NCBI GenBank assembly: GCA_051874695.1 | Contig: JBJEGC010000015.1 | Coordinates: forward strand, 119,800-183,799 | DNA: 64,000 bases | Reading direction: 5' to 3' | From: Candidatus Bruticola sp. | GTDB lineage: Bacteria > Vulcanimicrobiota > Xenobia > Xenobiales > Xenobiaceae | In this document: positions 9,382-18,215 of the stretch, piece after piece | Numbering within the stretch: the stretch's first letter is position 1 | How the letters are laid out: each line of letters starts with the position of its first letter | Position numbers and translations under genes: made by a program | Notes under the pieces: model-generated | Database searches by the model: none | The model's input: only the letters and a program-made list of their open reading frames with translations | Told to the model about the DNA's origin: nothing

Positions 9382-11106
9382 TTACGGCAGGTTTTCCAAA
9401 GTGTCGACCTGCGTACCGGTGAAGTACCGAGATAAGATTTGAAGGTAGCTTTGACCGCGCTTGGCCATGCCGATGGCTCCCCATTGGCACATGCCGCCCC
9501 CATGTCCCCAGCCTTGCCCTGATACAACGATATATCCGGGCTCATGTTCACACTCGACAACCGGAGCTTCTGAATTTGAATTTAGAGTACTGTATTCCGT
9601 ATCCAACAGATTTAACACCTGCCCCAAAGCCGGAAGTTCCTCTTGAAATTCCTGCCTCTTAGGCTCTGTTTGCATATAATTGCCACTGACAATTACAAAC
9701 TTAGCTGAAGGCAAAGAACGGTATCGGCCGGAAGCATCTTTAAAACGCATAGCCGAACGCACAGCCCCGTATTCTAATGTTTCCGTGGATCCATTCTGGA
9801 AATGAATACGCAGTTTAGAGACACGACCCGAAGGTCCCTGTTCTGCTATTTCCAAGCCGGACACAGGTCCCAGTTTTTTCCCGAAATATTGGCTCAGCTC
9901 CTGCCCTAACTCTGTTTCACTCCAACGAGCCTGCCAAGAATAATAACCCGATGCCGAGCAGTCGGCTTCCCCATCTTCGTTAACACACTCAACACTGGCT
10001 AAGTAAGGTGCAGATTCGGAGCCGTAAATATAAAGCGGACTCTCCGTTTGTCCGCCACACGCAGAATGATAAAGAGTCTGATCGGCTAAGCGCCCGTTGT
10101 AAGTGAGTACTTGACCGGCTGTATCCGCTGTGGCCCGATCCGACTGGATAGTTTCGACCGCAGCCCCTCCGTAAACTTGAGAATTGGTGCTACAATCCAC
10201 ATCCCAGACTTTGTTGTTAGAACGACGGGCCCAGGCGTAAGTGCGCGCAGCCACAGCCTGAGCTTTCATAGCTTCAGGAGCACTGCAAAGTAACTCTTTA
10301 GGAATAACACCGCGCAGATAATCTTCCAAAGAAAGATAATTAACAACATAAAGGCTGCCTGAAAGGCGCTCAGCCTTCAAGCACCCTCGATAAGCTTCGC
10401 TACCAATCTGCAGCACAAATCCAGAAGCACAACTTACAATTTCTGCAGAAGCTTCATCTTGTCCAATTTCAGCTGTACTCTGACCGGTTGCCCGTCCATT
10501 AATAACCAAATCTGCACCGCCCTGGTAAGCAGAAGGACAAAATGACGGTGAGGGCTCCGGTTTAAGACTAACTCTAACGGGACCGCGCCCCTGATAAATT
10601 AAAACTCGAATAGGGCAAGACAATCCTTCCAGCTGCGCAATACGCTCATTGTGAGGCGACACACCAGAAGTGTCCAGTTGCTCAACCGCACTTTCTTGAT
10701 TAGTTGCTCCCCCTTCGGAAGTATCTGGGCCATTCTTTTCGGTTAAAGAAGACGATTCAGCAGCTGCTTCCGGGGTTATTATAGTATACGGCTTGGGCGC
10801 AGGCCCCCAATCGACCGCTTTTCTCTCCGCTCCAGACTTACGATTACCGAAACGGCTCGCTTTATGGCGCCTGCTTCGACTGCGGCACCCTGCTTCTTCG
10901 GCCGAGGACTCTACAGCTGATACATTTTTACTGTTGTCAGAATGGGTAGTAGGTGTGGGGGCGGGAAGCGGAGAGTCAGGAACTTCGGCATAAACAGCAG
11001 CTGACAGTAGCATTAGAAGTGCAATCGAGAGCCCCAAAATTTTTACTGCCGCTGCTGCAATCGACCTAACTTTCAAACTATTCGAAGTAATTAACTTGAT
11101 CTTCAT
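9382..11106 (-). CDS. SpoIID/LytB-domain protein with an N-terminal anchor and a low-complexity linker
   Basis: Motifs AMKAQAVAARTYAWARR, HSACGGQTES and C-terminal GHGGGMCQWGAIGMAKRGQSYLQILSRYFTGT match the SpoIID/LytB amidase-enhancer domain. Confidence 0.75.
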   Translation of the reverse strand: MKIKLITSNSLKVRSIAAAAVKILGLSIALLMLLSAAVYAEVPDSPLPAPTPTTHSDNSKNVSAVESSAEEAGCRSRSRRHKASRFGNRKSGAERKAVDWGPAPKPYTIITPEAAAESSSLTEKNGPDTSEGGATNQESAVEQLDTSGVSPHNERIAQLEGLSCPIRVLIYQGRGPVRVSLKPEPSPSFCPSAYQGGADLVINGRATGQSTAEIGQDEASAEIVSCASGFVLQIGSEAYRGCLKAERLSGSLYVVNYLSLEDYLRGVIPKELLCSAPEAMKAQAVAARTYAWARRSNNKVWDVDCSTNSQVYGGAAVETIQSDRATADTAGQVLTYNGRLADQTLYHSACGGQTESPLYIYGSESAPYLASVECVNEDGEADCSASGYYSWQARWSETELGQELSQYFGKKLGPVSGLEIAEQGPSGRVSKLRIHFQNGSTETLEYGAVRSAMRFKDASGRYRSLPSAKFVIVSGNYMQTEPKRQEFQEELPALGQVLNLLDTEYSTLNSNSEAPVVECEHEPGYIVVSGQGWGHGGGMCQWGAIGMAKRGQSYLQILSRYFTGTQVDTLENLP

Positions 11107-13255
11107 CTATATAGCCACTACTGCTGCCCTGACTGAAATCGGGAATAACAGTCTTGGGAGGCTGAGAAAGATCTTCAGGAGCATTAGGAATTATTTCCCC
11201 GCTTTCAGTACGATTGACAAATTCTGGCGGCTCGGAACTTTCTGCAGGCGAAGTTTCACCATCGTCGGCTGCGGGCACCTCAGAATTGGCTTCTTCTTCA
11301 GACCGAACTTCATCTTGACCGTAGTCGTCCGCTTCCCAACCGGTGTCGGCATTTTCATCGAAAGAAGAGTTGTAAGAGGCGTTATCTTCTGATAATTCGG
11401 AGCCGACTTCACTGACAGGCGCGGTGGTCTTGACAGCTTTAGGAGTAAGTTGCTCTAAAGAACGCAGCTTTTTAGCAGGATTAGCTGCAGAATTCTTTGC
11501 TTCAGTCCCTTTGGCAGCTTTGCCGCCTACTCCCGGCAGAGGATCGAAAACACAACGAAAACCTGAGTTGGCCAGACGTCCTTGTTCAGGTAGCACCCCA
11601 TGCTCCTGAGTGAGCATACATTCCACAGCACTGTCGCTGCGCGAACCTCCTTTAATAACTTTTGTGAGAGGTGTATACTCAGCGGCGGCTCCGTAAGGTA
11701 TGAACCAAGTGTCGACCCATTCCCATACATTACCGGCCATATCTTCAACTCCGTACGGAGAAGCACCGCGCGGGAAAGTCCCCACTGCAGAAGTATTAGT
11801 CAAACCGCTCTCTACACAATTAAACCTGGTGTAATCTGGCTCCCTACCTCCCCAGGGATACAAACGCAGATCTCCTCCCCGAGCAGCTTTTTCCCACTCA
11901 TTGGCCGTGGGCAATCGCTTGCCAGCCCAGTGAGCGTAAGCTTCACAATCATAAAAAGATACTCTGATGACCGGATGATCGAGACGATCATCGGAAGCAG
12001 CTTCCTCCCAGTTTCCTTGAGCCTTATAGCCTGTGGCTTCCACAAATTTTTTGAATTGACGGTTGGTAACCTCGTACCTGTCCATATAAAAAGCGGGCAA
12101 TTCCACTACCAAAGGACGAGCTGCCTTGCCGGCAGCCGGTACAGGACCGCTGTAATAAGGGCCGGCAGGTATCAAAATCATGGGAGCTCCATCCTTGGGC
12201 GACACCCAAGATTGTGGCAAATTATCTACCGTGGGTGCGGGACGACCCGTTTCTTTAGTTGCTAAAATCGGCTTTTCATCGGTAGTAACTATGCCGCTAT
12301 AGAACAGCAAACCGCCCACGCAGAGGCTGCCTATCAGAGGAAGAGCCACCATAGCCACAATCGACCAGTCAACGCTCTTCAGCATCCTCTTAAAAGCTCC
12401 AGCGCCCTGAGCCAAAGAAGCCGCTAAGGGATCAGCGTCATCAGCATATTCACTTTCAATAGCAATAACATCGGCAGTTTTTGGAGCAGGCAGTTCGGCG
12501 GACTCACCAACCACAGCCGGATATTCGGCAGAGGAAGTCCAACGTTGCTTTTTTTTCTTCTTAAGCTGCTTTTCTTCTTGGCGCAAACGATTGGCCCAAT
12601 CGCGAAATTCAGGCAGAATATCTGCAGGCAAAGGACGCTCTCGAGGATCGGCTTCGAACAGGCGGCTAAGCTGTTTGTTGAGCTTGTGGGATAAACCAGG
12701 AATAGGCTCTAATTCCACATCGGGGATGAGCAGAGTCTGAGCATCGGGAGGCTGATGACCACTCAACAGATGATAAAGAGTAGCCCCCAGCTGGTAGTCA
12801 AGCACACCGGGGCCTATTTCCCCTCTATTCACTTGCTCCGGAGCACAGTAAGGAGAATGGCCTCGCTCCTCAAAGCCAGGATCGCAAAGTACAATCTTCT
12901 GCCCCTGACGAATTAGATGTTCCGGACGGAGATCACAAATTATAAATTCCGAAGGCACCGAAGAAAGAAGTTCCAGAATAGCGCATACGGTTTCGGCGTC
13001 AATGACAGGTTCAAGAGGCGTACCTTCAGCCCAAGGACGAATCACAAAAAGACGCCCTTCTTCTTCGCAAACTGTATAAGGAACAACCAGCCCTTTTATT
13101 TCGCAGGAACTCAATTCGTGAAGACGCCTCTGAGCCTCTTCCAAGTTAATATGACGCAGTTCACGAATTGCCACCAAACCGAACTGATCCGTTTTCCCGT
13201 ACCAGGTGCGCGGCCCCAAGCTTTTCAGTTTGGGTAAAAGTGACAAAACTTCCAC
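11078..13255 (-). CDS. Ser/Thr protein-kinase-like domain (predicted pseudokinase) fused via a TM segment to an FGE/SUMF1 (formylglycine-generating-enzyme-like) domain, with an acidic C-terminal tail
   Basis: Kinase-like subdomains: hinge VIRPWAEGTPL, YCAPEQ (APE), DYQLGATLYHLLSG. Catalytic motifs are substituted: VAIK is VAIR, HRD is ICDLRPEH, DFG is DPG. FGE domain: RLPTANEWEKAARGG, YPWG, GNVWEWVDTW, GGSRSDS, GFRCV. Overlaps the SpoIID gene start by 29 bp. Confidence 0.75.
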   Translation of the reverse strand: MEVLSLLPKLKSLGPRTWYGKTDQFGLVAIRELRHINLEEAQRRLHELSSCEIKGLVVPYTVCEEEGRLFVIRPWAEGTPLEPVIDAETVCAILELLSSVPSEFIICDLRPEHLIRQGQKIVLCDPGFEERGHSPYCAPEQVNRGEIGPGVLDYQLGATLYHLLSGHQPPDAQTLLIPDVELEPIPGLSHKLNKQLSRLFEADPRERPLPADILPEFRDWANRLRQEEKQLKKKKKQRWTSSAEYPAVVGESAELPAPKTADVIAIESEYADDADPLAASLAQGAGAFKRMLKSVDWSIVAMVALPLIGSLCVGGLLFYSGIVTTDEKPILATKETGRPAPTVDNLPQSWVSPKDGAPMILIPAGPYYSGPVPAAGKAARPLVVELPAFYMDRYEVTNRQFKKFVEATGYKAQGNWEEAASDDRLDHPVIRVSFYDCEAYAHWAGKRLPTANEWEKAARGGDLRLYPWGGREPDYTRFNCVESGLTNTSAVGTFPRGASPYGVEDMAGNVWEWVDTWFIPYGAAAEYTPLTKVIKGGSRSDSAVECMLTQEHGVLPEQGRLANSGFRCVFDPLPGVGGKAAKGTEAKNSAANPAKKLRSLEQLTPKAVKTTAPVSEVGSELSEDNASYNSSFDENADTGWEADDYGQDEVRSEEEANSEVPAADDGETSPAESSEPPEFVNRTESGEIIPNAPEDLSQPPKTVIPDFSQGSSSGYIDEDQVNYFE

Positions 13256-13665
13256 TATTCGTTCTCCCCTTCATCTGATTGAGACTGGCAGTCTGCAGCA
13301 GACCTTCCGCTTTGATCAGCCTTGATCGAGTCATCGGCCAAAATTTTGGCTAACACGTCTGCCAAATCGCGGTCTTCGACCGATTCCAAATTTTCTATAT
13401 CTGGTAAGCCCACAAAGCGCTCTTCGGCTTTAAGACAATCAGCACTCCACGGTTCCCAGTACGGACAAGCCTCTTTTTTACTATCTTCCACGGTGCCGGT
13501 AACGGGAGCCATTAAATACTCTTCATGGCGAAATACATCCAACTTGGAGCAGTGAAACAGAGAATACTCTGTATCAAGAATTTCATCTATTTCTAAACCG
13601 CGATCCACAGTATCCAAATAACGACATAAGGCACAAACTTTCCATTTATCTTGAGTCATAAACAC
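13255..13665 (-). CDS. Small acidic hypothetical protein, translationally coupled to the kinase-FGE gene
   Basis: 136 aa, pI clearly acidic, several Cys (CALCRY...C...C). Its stop overlaps the start of the kinase-like gene. Confidence 0.45.
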   Translation of the reverse strand: MFMTQDKWKVCALCRYLDTVDRGLEIDEILDTEYSLFHCSKLDVFRHEEYLMAPVTGTVEDSKKEACPYWEPWSADCLKAEERFVGLPDIENLESVEDRDLADVLAKILADDSIKADQSGRSAADCQSQSDEGENE

Positions 13666-13696
13666 CTCTGCCTTAATCTAAAGAATACTTTATATA

Positions 13697-13741
13697 AAAA
13701 AAACAGCTCCCTAATCTTGATAAAACAAAAGACGGGAGCCT
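13697..13741 (-). terminator. Intrinsic terminator after the lipoprotein gene
   Basis: On the minus strand: GGCTCCC, 22-nt loop, GGGAGC, then tttttttt. Confidence 0.5.
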
Positions 13742-13754
13742 TACAAACTGAGTT

Positions 13755-14660
13755 CTATTCAGCGACAATGGGTTGTTCACTTTTAACCGGCGCAGTCGAC
13801 TGCTTAACCTCAGATACGGATGGCTCTACCCCTTCTGTTGAAGTAGTTGCCGGTGCAGAAAGCTCGCCGTCTTTAACAGAGTTTTTTTCCGCACTTTCTA
13901 CGGAAACGGCCGGAATTTTCGGCTCGGCTGTCGGAGACACAGAAGAAAGCAATTTATCTTCAATAGCCGTCAAAGCCTCAGCATGTTTTATAAATCCGGA
14001 ACGAAAACGTCCGAAACTAAAAGTTTGAGCAATATCATGGAACTTGCCGAAAACCGCCTCCAAAGTTTGGCCGTTAAGGTCAGGATTTTGCTTCAACTGT
14101 TCAGCTGAGGGACGGTAATCTACAGCCGAACCTAACAAAACATAACCGAACCGCTGTTCCTGATTATCTTTGGCCGGTTCAGTAAAAAACCAAGCCTTGC
14201 TATAAACTTTGAGCTCCTCTTTCATCTGGGTAAAGCATACCCAGGGGGCGGCATCATCAGCTCCCTCTTCAACGTTGTCGACTCCCTGAAGCTCACTGCG
14301 CAGCTCCTCTATTTGGGCTTTGGCGAACTCGCTCGAGTCCACCTTAGGACTGTCGATCTTCTTCTTAGTAAGAACGATATTGCTTCTGAAACGGCTTCCG
14401 TCGGACAGCTCAACTGAAGGTGCTAAAGCCGTCACAATGGTATTGCCTATGCCTCGGCGCAGTTCCCAAAATTGGTCTTCACCGGAAACTTCTGCCGATC
14501 GCTCCACCATCGGAACGGTAAAAGAAACCCCGTCTTCACAAAAACGCCCGATTTGAGCGCTATAATAGGTGGATTGGGAGGCAGGGCCACAAGCACACAA
14601 GCTGGACAGCAAAAGTATAGACACAGAAAAAGCAGTAAAGCGTTTAGAATTCAACAACAT
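13755..14660 (-). CDS. Hypothetical lipoprotein
   Basis: Signal peptide with a lipobox-like LCAC. 301 aa with no recognised catalytic motif. Confidence 0.5.
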   Translation of the reverse strand: MLLNSKRFTAFSVSILLLSSLCACGPASQSTYYSAQIGRFCEDGVSFTVPMVERSAEVSGEDQFWELRRGIGNTIVTALAPSVELSDGSRFRSNIVLTKKKIDSPKVDSSEFAKAQIEELRSELQGVDNVEEGADDAAPWVCFTQMKEELKVYSKAWFFTEPAKDNQEQRFGYVLLGSAVDYRPSAEQLKQNPDLNGQTLEAVFGKFHDIAQTFSFGRFRSGFIKHAEALTAIEDKLLSSVSPTAEPKIPAVSVESAEKNSVKDGELSAPATTSTEGVEPSVSEVKQSTAPVKSEQPIVAE

Positions 14661-14818
14661 ATCAGCCCCTTTTGTTCTGGGAGTGAGCTATCCCTCCTCT
14701 AAAAAGCGGAAAGCTCTCTTTCCGGTACTTCAAAAAAAAAGAATGAGGCGAACCAGACCGGCCCGTCTCACTCTCTCAGCTGCACGCTGCCACATAGCGT
14801 GGCCGCGGCTCACCTTTA

Positions 14819-15376
14819 TTATAAGCGGCGCAGATACTCTCCGGAGCGGGTATCGACCTGAACTTTAGTGCCGATTTCCACGAACAGAGGAACGTTAATC
14901 ACTGCTCCAGTCTCCAAAGTGGCCGGCTTAGTAGCACCGGTGGCGGTATCTCCCTTGAAACCGGGCTCGGTCTGGGTAACTACTAACTCGACAAAGTTGG
15001 GCACTTCAACACCGATGGGGACATCGTTATGCAAAGCGACATCGACTTCCATGCCATCTTTGAGCCAGTGCTTCTGATCGCCAAGCAGAACGGAATCGAT
15101 AGCCAAATCTTCGTAGTTTTCCAAATCCATGAAGTGATACATATCGCCATCGACATAGGTGAACTGCATTTTGCGACGATCGATATGAGCCCGCATAATT
15201 TTTTCACCGCCGCGGAACGTTTTCTCGATAACGTAACCGGTTTTGATGTTTTTAATCTTAGAACGGACAAAAGCGGCGCCTTTGCCGGGTTTCACGTGCA
15301 AGAATTCGACTATCTGATAGAGGTCACCGTCAATTTCAACCGTTAAGCCGGTACGAAAATCGTTAACCGAGATCAT
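14819..15376 (-). CDS. efp: Translation elongation factor P
   Basis: 185 aa. KPGKGAAFVRSKIKNIKTG (the conserved beta-lysylation loop with KPGKG) and overall EF-P architecture. Confidence 0.95.
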   Translation of the reverse strand: MISVNDFRTGLTVEIDGDLYQIVEFLHVKPGKGAAFVRSKIKNIKTGYVIEKTFRGGEKIMRAHIDRRKMQFTYVDGDMYHFMDLENYEDLAIDSVLLGDQKHWLKDGMEVDVALHNDVPIGVEVPNFVELVVTQTEPGFKGDTATGATKPATLETGAVINVPLFVEIGTKVQVDTRSGEYLRRL

Positions 15377-15552
15377 AAAGTTCCTCCGCTAGGTAAGATA
15401 TATTTGCAAAAATTAACCTCGAACCATTCGAACCCAACGGCGTAATACCTGCCTAACACCAAATCAGAAAGCAAATTTTACTGAATTGAAAACACCGATT
15501 TTATTTTGCAAGACTGAATAGAATTAATCAGGCAAAACACTAAGTTTTTTTC

Positions 15553-16797
15553 TTAATTTTGACGCCCTCCCCAATTCAGATCAACGTCTAAATGGTACGA
15601 AGTGCGGGGCATACTGCCACGCAAAGGATGGCGCCCCTGGCCTGTAAGTACTTTTTCTTCACCAGGTTGCAAGTTGCCGATATTCTCGTTTTTAGTAATC
15701 AGCTTCCGGTCACTGCCATCTGTTACACAAAGGACCACACTTATATTTTTAGCCTCTGCTTTTGATCGGTTGACAATGGTAACCGAATAGTTCATGGTGC
15801 CATCGCCGTAATTGGCGCTAACTTTAGGCATAGTGTAGGCAACAAAAGGCACAGCCTGAACGACAGGCGAAGACGACACCTGAGCAGCCTCCTCTTGTGT
15901 TTCAACTTTAGGTTTCACTTCGGCGGCAGTTTTTTTATTGGAAGGCTCGTTTTTCTTAACGGCTTTAGGCTTGGCTTTAGGATATGTACTGCCTTCTTCT
16001 ACCGGTTTGGTTTGCACGGCAGCTCCGCCAGTATGAGTGGCTTTTCCTGGCGCGGTAACGTGCAACAAAGCGGCGTCGTCATCGAACTCGCTGGGGAAAT
16101 CTCCTTCGGCGGAATAAGAAACACGACGGCGCTTGACTCCGGCGGAATCATTCGTTTTATTTTTCGCCGCCTTCTTCTTATTTAAAGCTGCTTTTTTAGC
16201 TTCTTCGGCTTCTTGTTGCCGACGCTTAATTTTTTCGGCGCGGCGGACAGCCAACACTTTCTCCGCCCTTTTCACTTGAGCGGCTTTTTCGGCTTTGAGC
16301 TCCTCAGCAGCTAGCCGATCTTGATTGCTAATAGGACGGGGAGCCACTATATCGATAATACCGGTGGCCGGATAATTTTTTATAGTAAATCCTAGCCTTT
16401 CCGATATAAGGCGAACCGGCACCCAAATTTCACCACCGCGCTTGATGTATGGCACAGGAAAGACCGTCTGGTCATATTCAGACTCAAAAACGCCCTCTGA
16501 CTGTGAAGCTGACAGCCAACCGCGAACCGTAAGAGCAGACTCAAACTCAGAAGCGCTCAGGGAATCGGCTTCCGGCACAAAAATTAGGCGTCCGTCGTTG
16601 TTAACAGAAATTCCCGAGCGCATAGCCTTCACCAGCGAATACAAAGGAGCATATAAACTCGATTCAACGTAAACAACCTGTTTAAAAGGTTTGTTGCGCA
16701 CATAAACTTCGTCGGCTTGCACCGGAGCAGCCGATAAACAGACTGCTGCAGCCAAACAGACGCATATTTTCTGGGTAAAGCCAAAAGTTAAACGCAT
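15553..16797 (-). CDS. Secreted hypothetical protein with a Lys/Ala-rich charged coiled segment
   Basis: Signal peptide. Central KAEKAAQVKRAEKVLAVRRAEKIKRRQQEAEEAKKAALNKKKAAK segment. No recognised enzymatic motif. Confidence 0.45.
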   Translation of the reverse strand: MRLTFGFTQKICVCLAAAVCLSAAPVQADEVYVRNKPFKQVVYVESSLYAPLYSLVKAMRSGISVNNDGRLIFVPEADSLSASEFESALTVRGWLSASQSEGVFESEYDQTVFPVPYIKRGGEIWVPVRLISERLGFTIKNYPATGIIDIVAPRPISNQDRLAAEELKAEKAAQVKRAEKVLAVRRAEKIKRRQQEAEEAKKAALNKKKAAKNKTNDSAGVKRRRVSYSAEGDFPSEFDDDAALLHVTAPGKATHTGGAAVQTKPVEEGSTYPKAKPKAVKKNEPSNKKTAAEVKPKVETQEEAAQVSSSPVVQAVPFVAYTMPKVSANYGDGTMNYSVTIVNRSKAEAKNISVVLCVTDGSDRKLITKNENIGNLQPGEEKVLTGQGRHPLRGSMPRTSYHLDVDLNWGGRQN

Positions 16798-16926
16798 TTT
16801 CAGTGTGGCCTCTTTGCTAACAAAGCTGGTAAAACAGTAACTGATCCGCTTCCCGCGGCCTTACAGTCTGCAGAAACAACAGCCTCGGTTGCTCCTTAGC
16901 AGCAGAGACCGTTTTTTAACTGTTGT

Positions 16927-17262
16927 CTATTTAGAGAAAATAGGACGACTCAGCCTAGTTTTGAGAGCTACTTCGCGAACTTCAGCGTATTGGCGCATTT
17001 TTCCGATACGTTCTTGAAGCTCTTTCACTTCTCCCTGCATGGCCGCAATATTCTGCTCCAGCTCTTTATCGGCCTCGGGATTGCTGCTCTTAGCCTTCTG
17101 TCCCACTGCCTGAGCGGCTTTATCGGCCCAAGCTTCAATAACCTGGGATGAAGCCCCAATCTCTTTAGCCAATTTTCCGGCATCTTCTCCAGCTAGATAG
17201 CGAACTACCACAGCAGCCCGCTCCTCATCAGTAAAACTAGCATAGTTGATATTTCTTTTCAC
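16927..17262 (-). CDS. Small HTH plus leucine-zipper protein resembling an IS3-family transposase OrfA (HTH_Tnp_1-like); no OrfB present
   Basis: FTDEERAAVVVRYLAGEDAGKLAKEIGASSQVIEAWADKA follows the IS911 OrfA HTH pattern. It is followed by a heptad coiled coil. No downstream frameshifted catalytic ORF. It lies next to the tRNA cluster. Confidence 0.35.
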   Translation of the reverse strand: MKRNINYASFTDEERAAVVVRYLAGEDAGKLAKEIGASSQVIEAWADKAAQAVGQKAKSSNPEADKELEQNIAAMQGEVKELQERIGKMRQYAEVREVALKTRLSRPIFSK

Positions 17263-17401
17263 GACAAAACCTCAAAACATATAAAAACTGCAAGCGCCGC
17301 CCTCTTCTATTAAGCCGCGCACCATTCCCCCTATGCAATTGGAGAGAAAGGATCGGCGTTCCTAACAGAATCATTTATCGATGAACAGGCGCGAACTAAA
17401 C

Positions 17402-17436
17402 AAAAAAAAACAGGCATCTTGTACAAGAAACCTGTT
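17402..17436 (-). terminator. Intrinsic terminator of the tRNA operon
   Basis: On the minus strand: ACAGGtttcttgtacaagatgCCTGT followed by TTTTTTTTT, immediately 3' of tRNA-Lys. Confidence 0.65.
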
Positions 17437-17439
17437 CTT

Positions 17440-17514
17440 TGGTGGGTTGTACAGGACTCGAACCTGTGGCCACCTGATTAAAAGTCAGATGCTCTACCAC
17501 TGAGCTAACAACCC
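17440..17514 (-). tRNA. tRNA-Lys (anticodon UUU)
   Basis: Cloverleaf folds by hand. Acceptor gggttgt/acaaccc, anticodon loop cuUUUaa, T-arm ggttcgagtcc. CCA is encoded. Confidence 0.85.
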
Positions 17515-17548
17515 ATACTCACCATCAACCTTATACAGCTGTCAGAGC

Positions 17549-17626
17549 TGGGGTGGATAGTGGGATTCGAACCCACGACCTCCGGTTCCACAGACCGGCG
17601 CTCTAACCGACTGAGCTATATCCACC
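17549..17626 (-). tRNA. tRNA-His (anticodon GUG)
   Basis: Extra 5' G(-1) paired with C73. Anticodon loop cuGUGga. T-arm gggttcgaatccc. CCA is encoded. Confidence 0.85.
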
Positions 17627-17637
17627 ATATTTTCTCT

Positions 17638-17713
<76 letters not shown>

Positions 17714-17743
17714 ATATACCTTATGCTCTTTACCAGCGACACT

Positions 17744-17821
17744 TGGTCGGAGCGGCCGGATTTGAACCGGCGACCCCTTGCTCCCAAAGCAAGTGCGCTA
17801 TCCAGGCTGCGCTACGCTCCG
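17744..17821 (-). tRNA. tRNA-Pro (anticodon UGG)
   Basis: Acceptor cggagcg/cgctccg. Anticodon stem cttgc/gcaag with loop uuUGGga. T-arm ggttcaaatcc. CCA is encoded. Confidence 0.85.
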
Positions 17822-17844
17822 TCACAACCTTCCGGGCGAGAGCA

Positions 17845-17873
17845 ATTATATGTTAGCAAGCATAGTAAGTCAA
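17845..17873 (-). promoter_or_regulatory. Near-consensus sigma70 promoter of the tRNA operon
   Basis: On the minus strand: TTGACT, 17-nt spacer, TATAAT, located about 24 nt upstream of the mature tRNA-Pro 5' end. Confidence 0.6.
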
Positions 17874-18215
17874 TACCTTTACTAAAAAAAAATACATTTT
17901 TTCTTTCATATCTTTCAAGCGACGGCTATATACCATCGGCAGCCGGTATACTTTTTTCTGCCTAACTGTAAAAGAAACAGCGCCCTCCAGAGGCAAAACA
18001 GCAGTCAAAAACTAAACAATTCTCTCTCCCAGGAACTATGCAAACAAAGTATCCCAATTTTAACATAGATTAAAAAGAATATAGGCAAATTTCCCATTAA
18101 ATAATTAGAGAATTTCCCATTTTAAGCTTTATAAAACATAAAAGACAGGTTAAAAATATTAAGACAAATATGGGTCTTATCAATGTTTTACTGATCGGAG
18201 ATAGATATACGTATC

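Noticed and set aside
11078-11700. FGE/SUMF1 domain as a diversity-generating-retroelement (DGR) variable region
   Set aside because: There is no reverse transcriptase and no template repeat in the window. The FGE domain is followed by about 190 further residues instead of ending the protein, and its terminal segment (GGSRSDSAVECMLTQ...GFRCV) looks like a canonical non-variable FGE.
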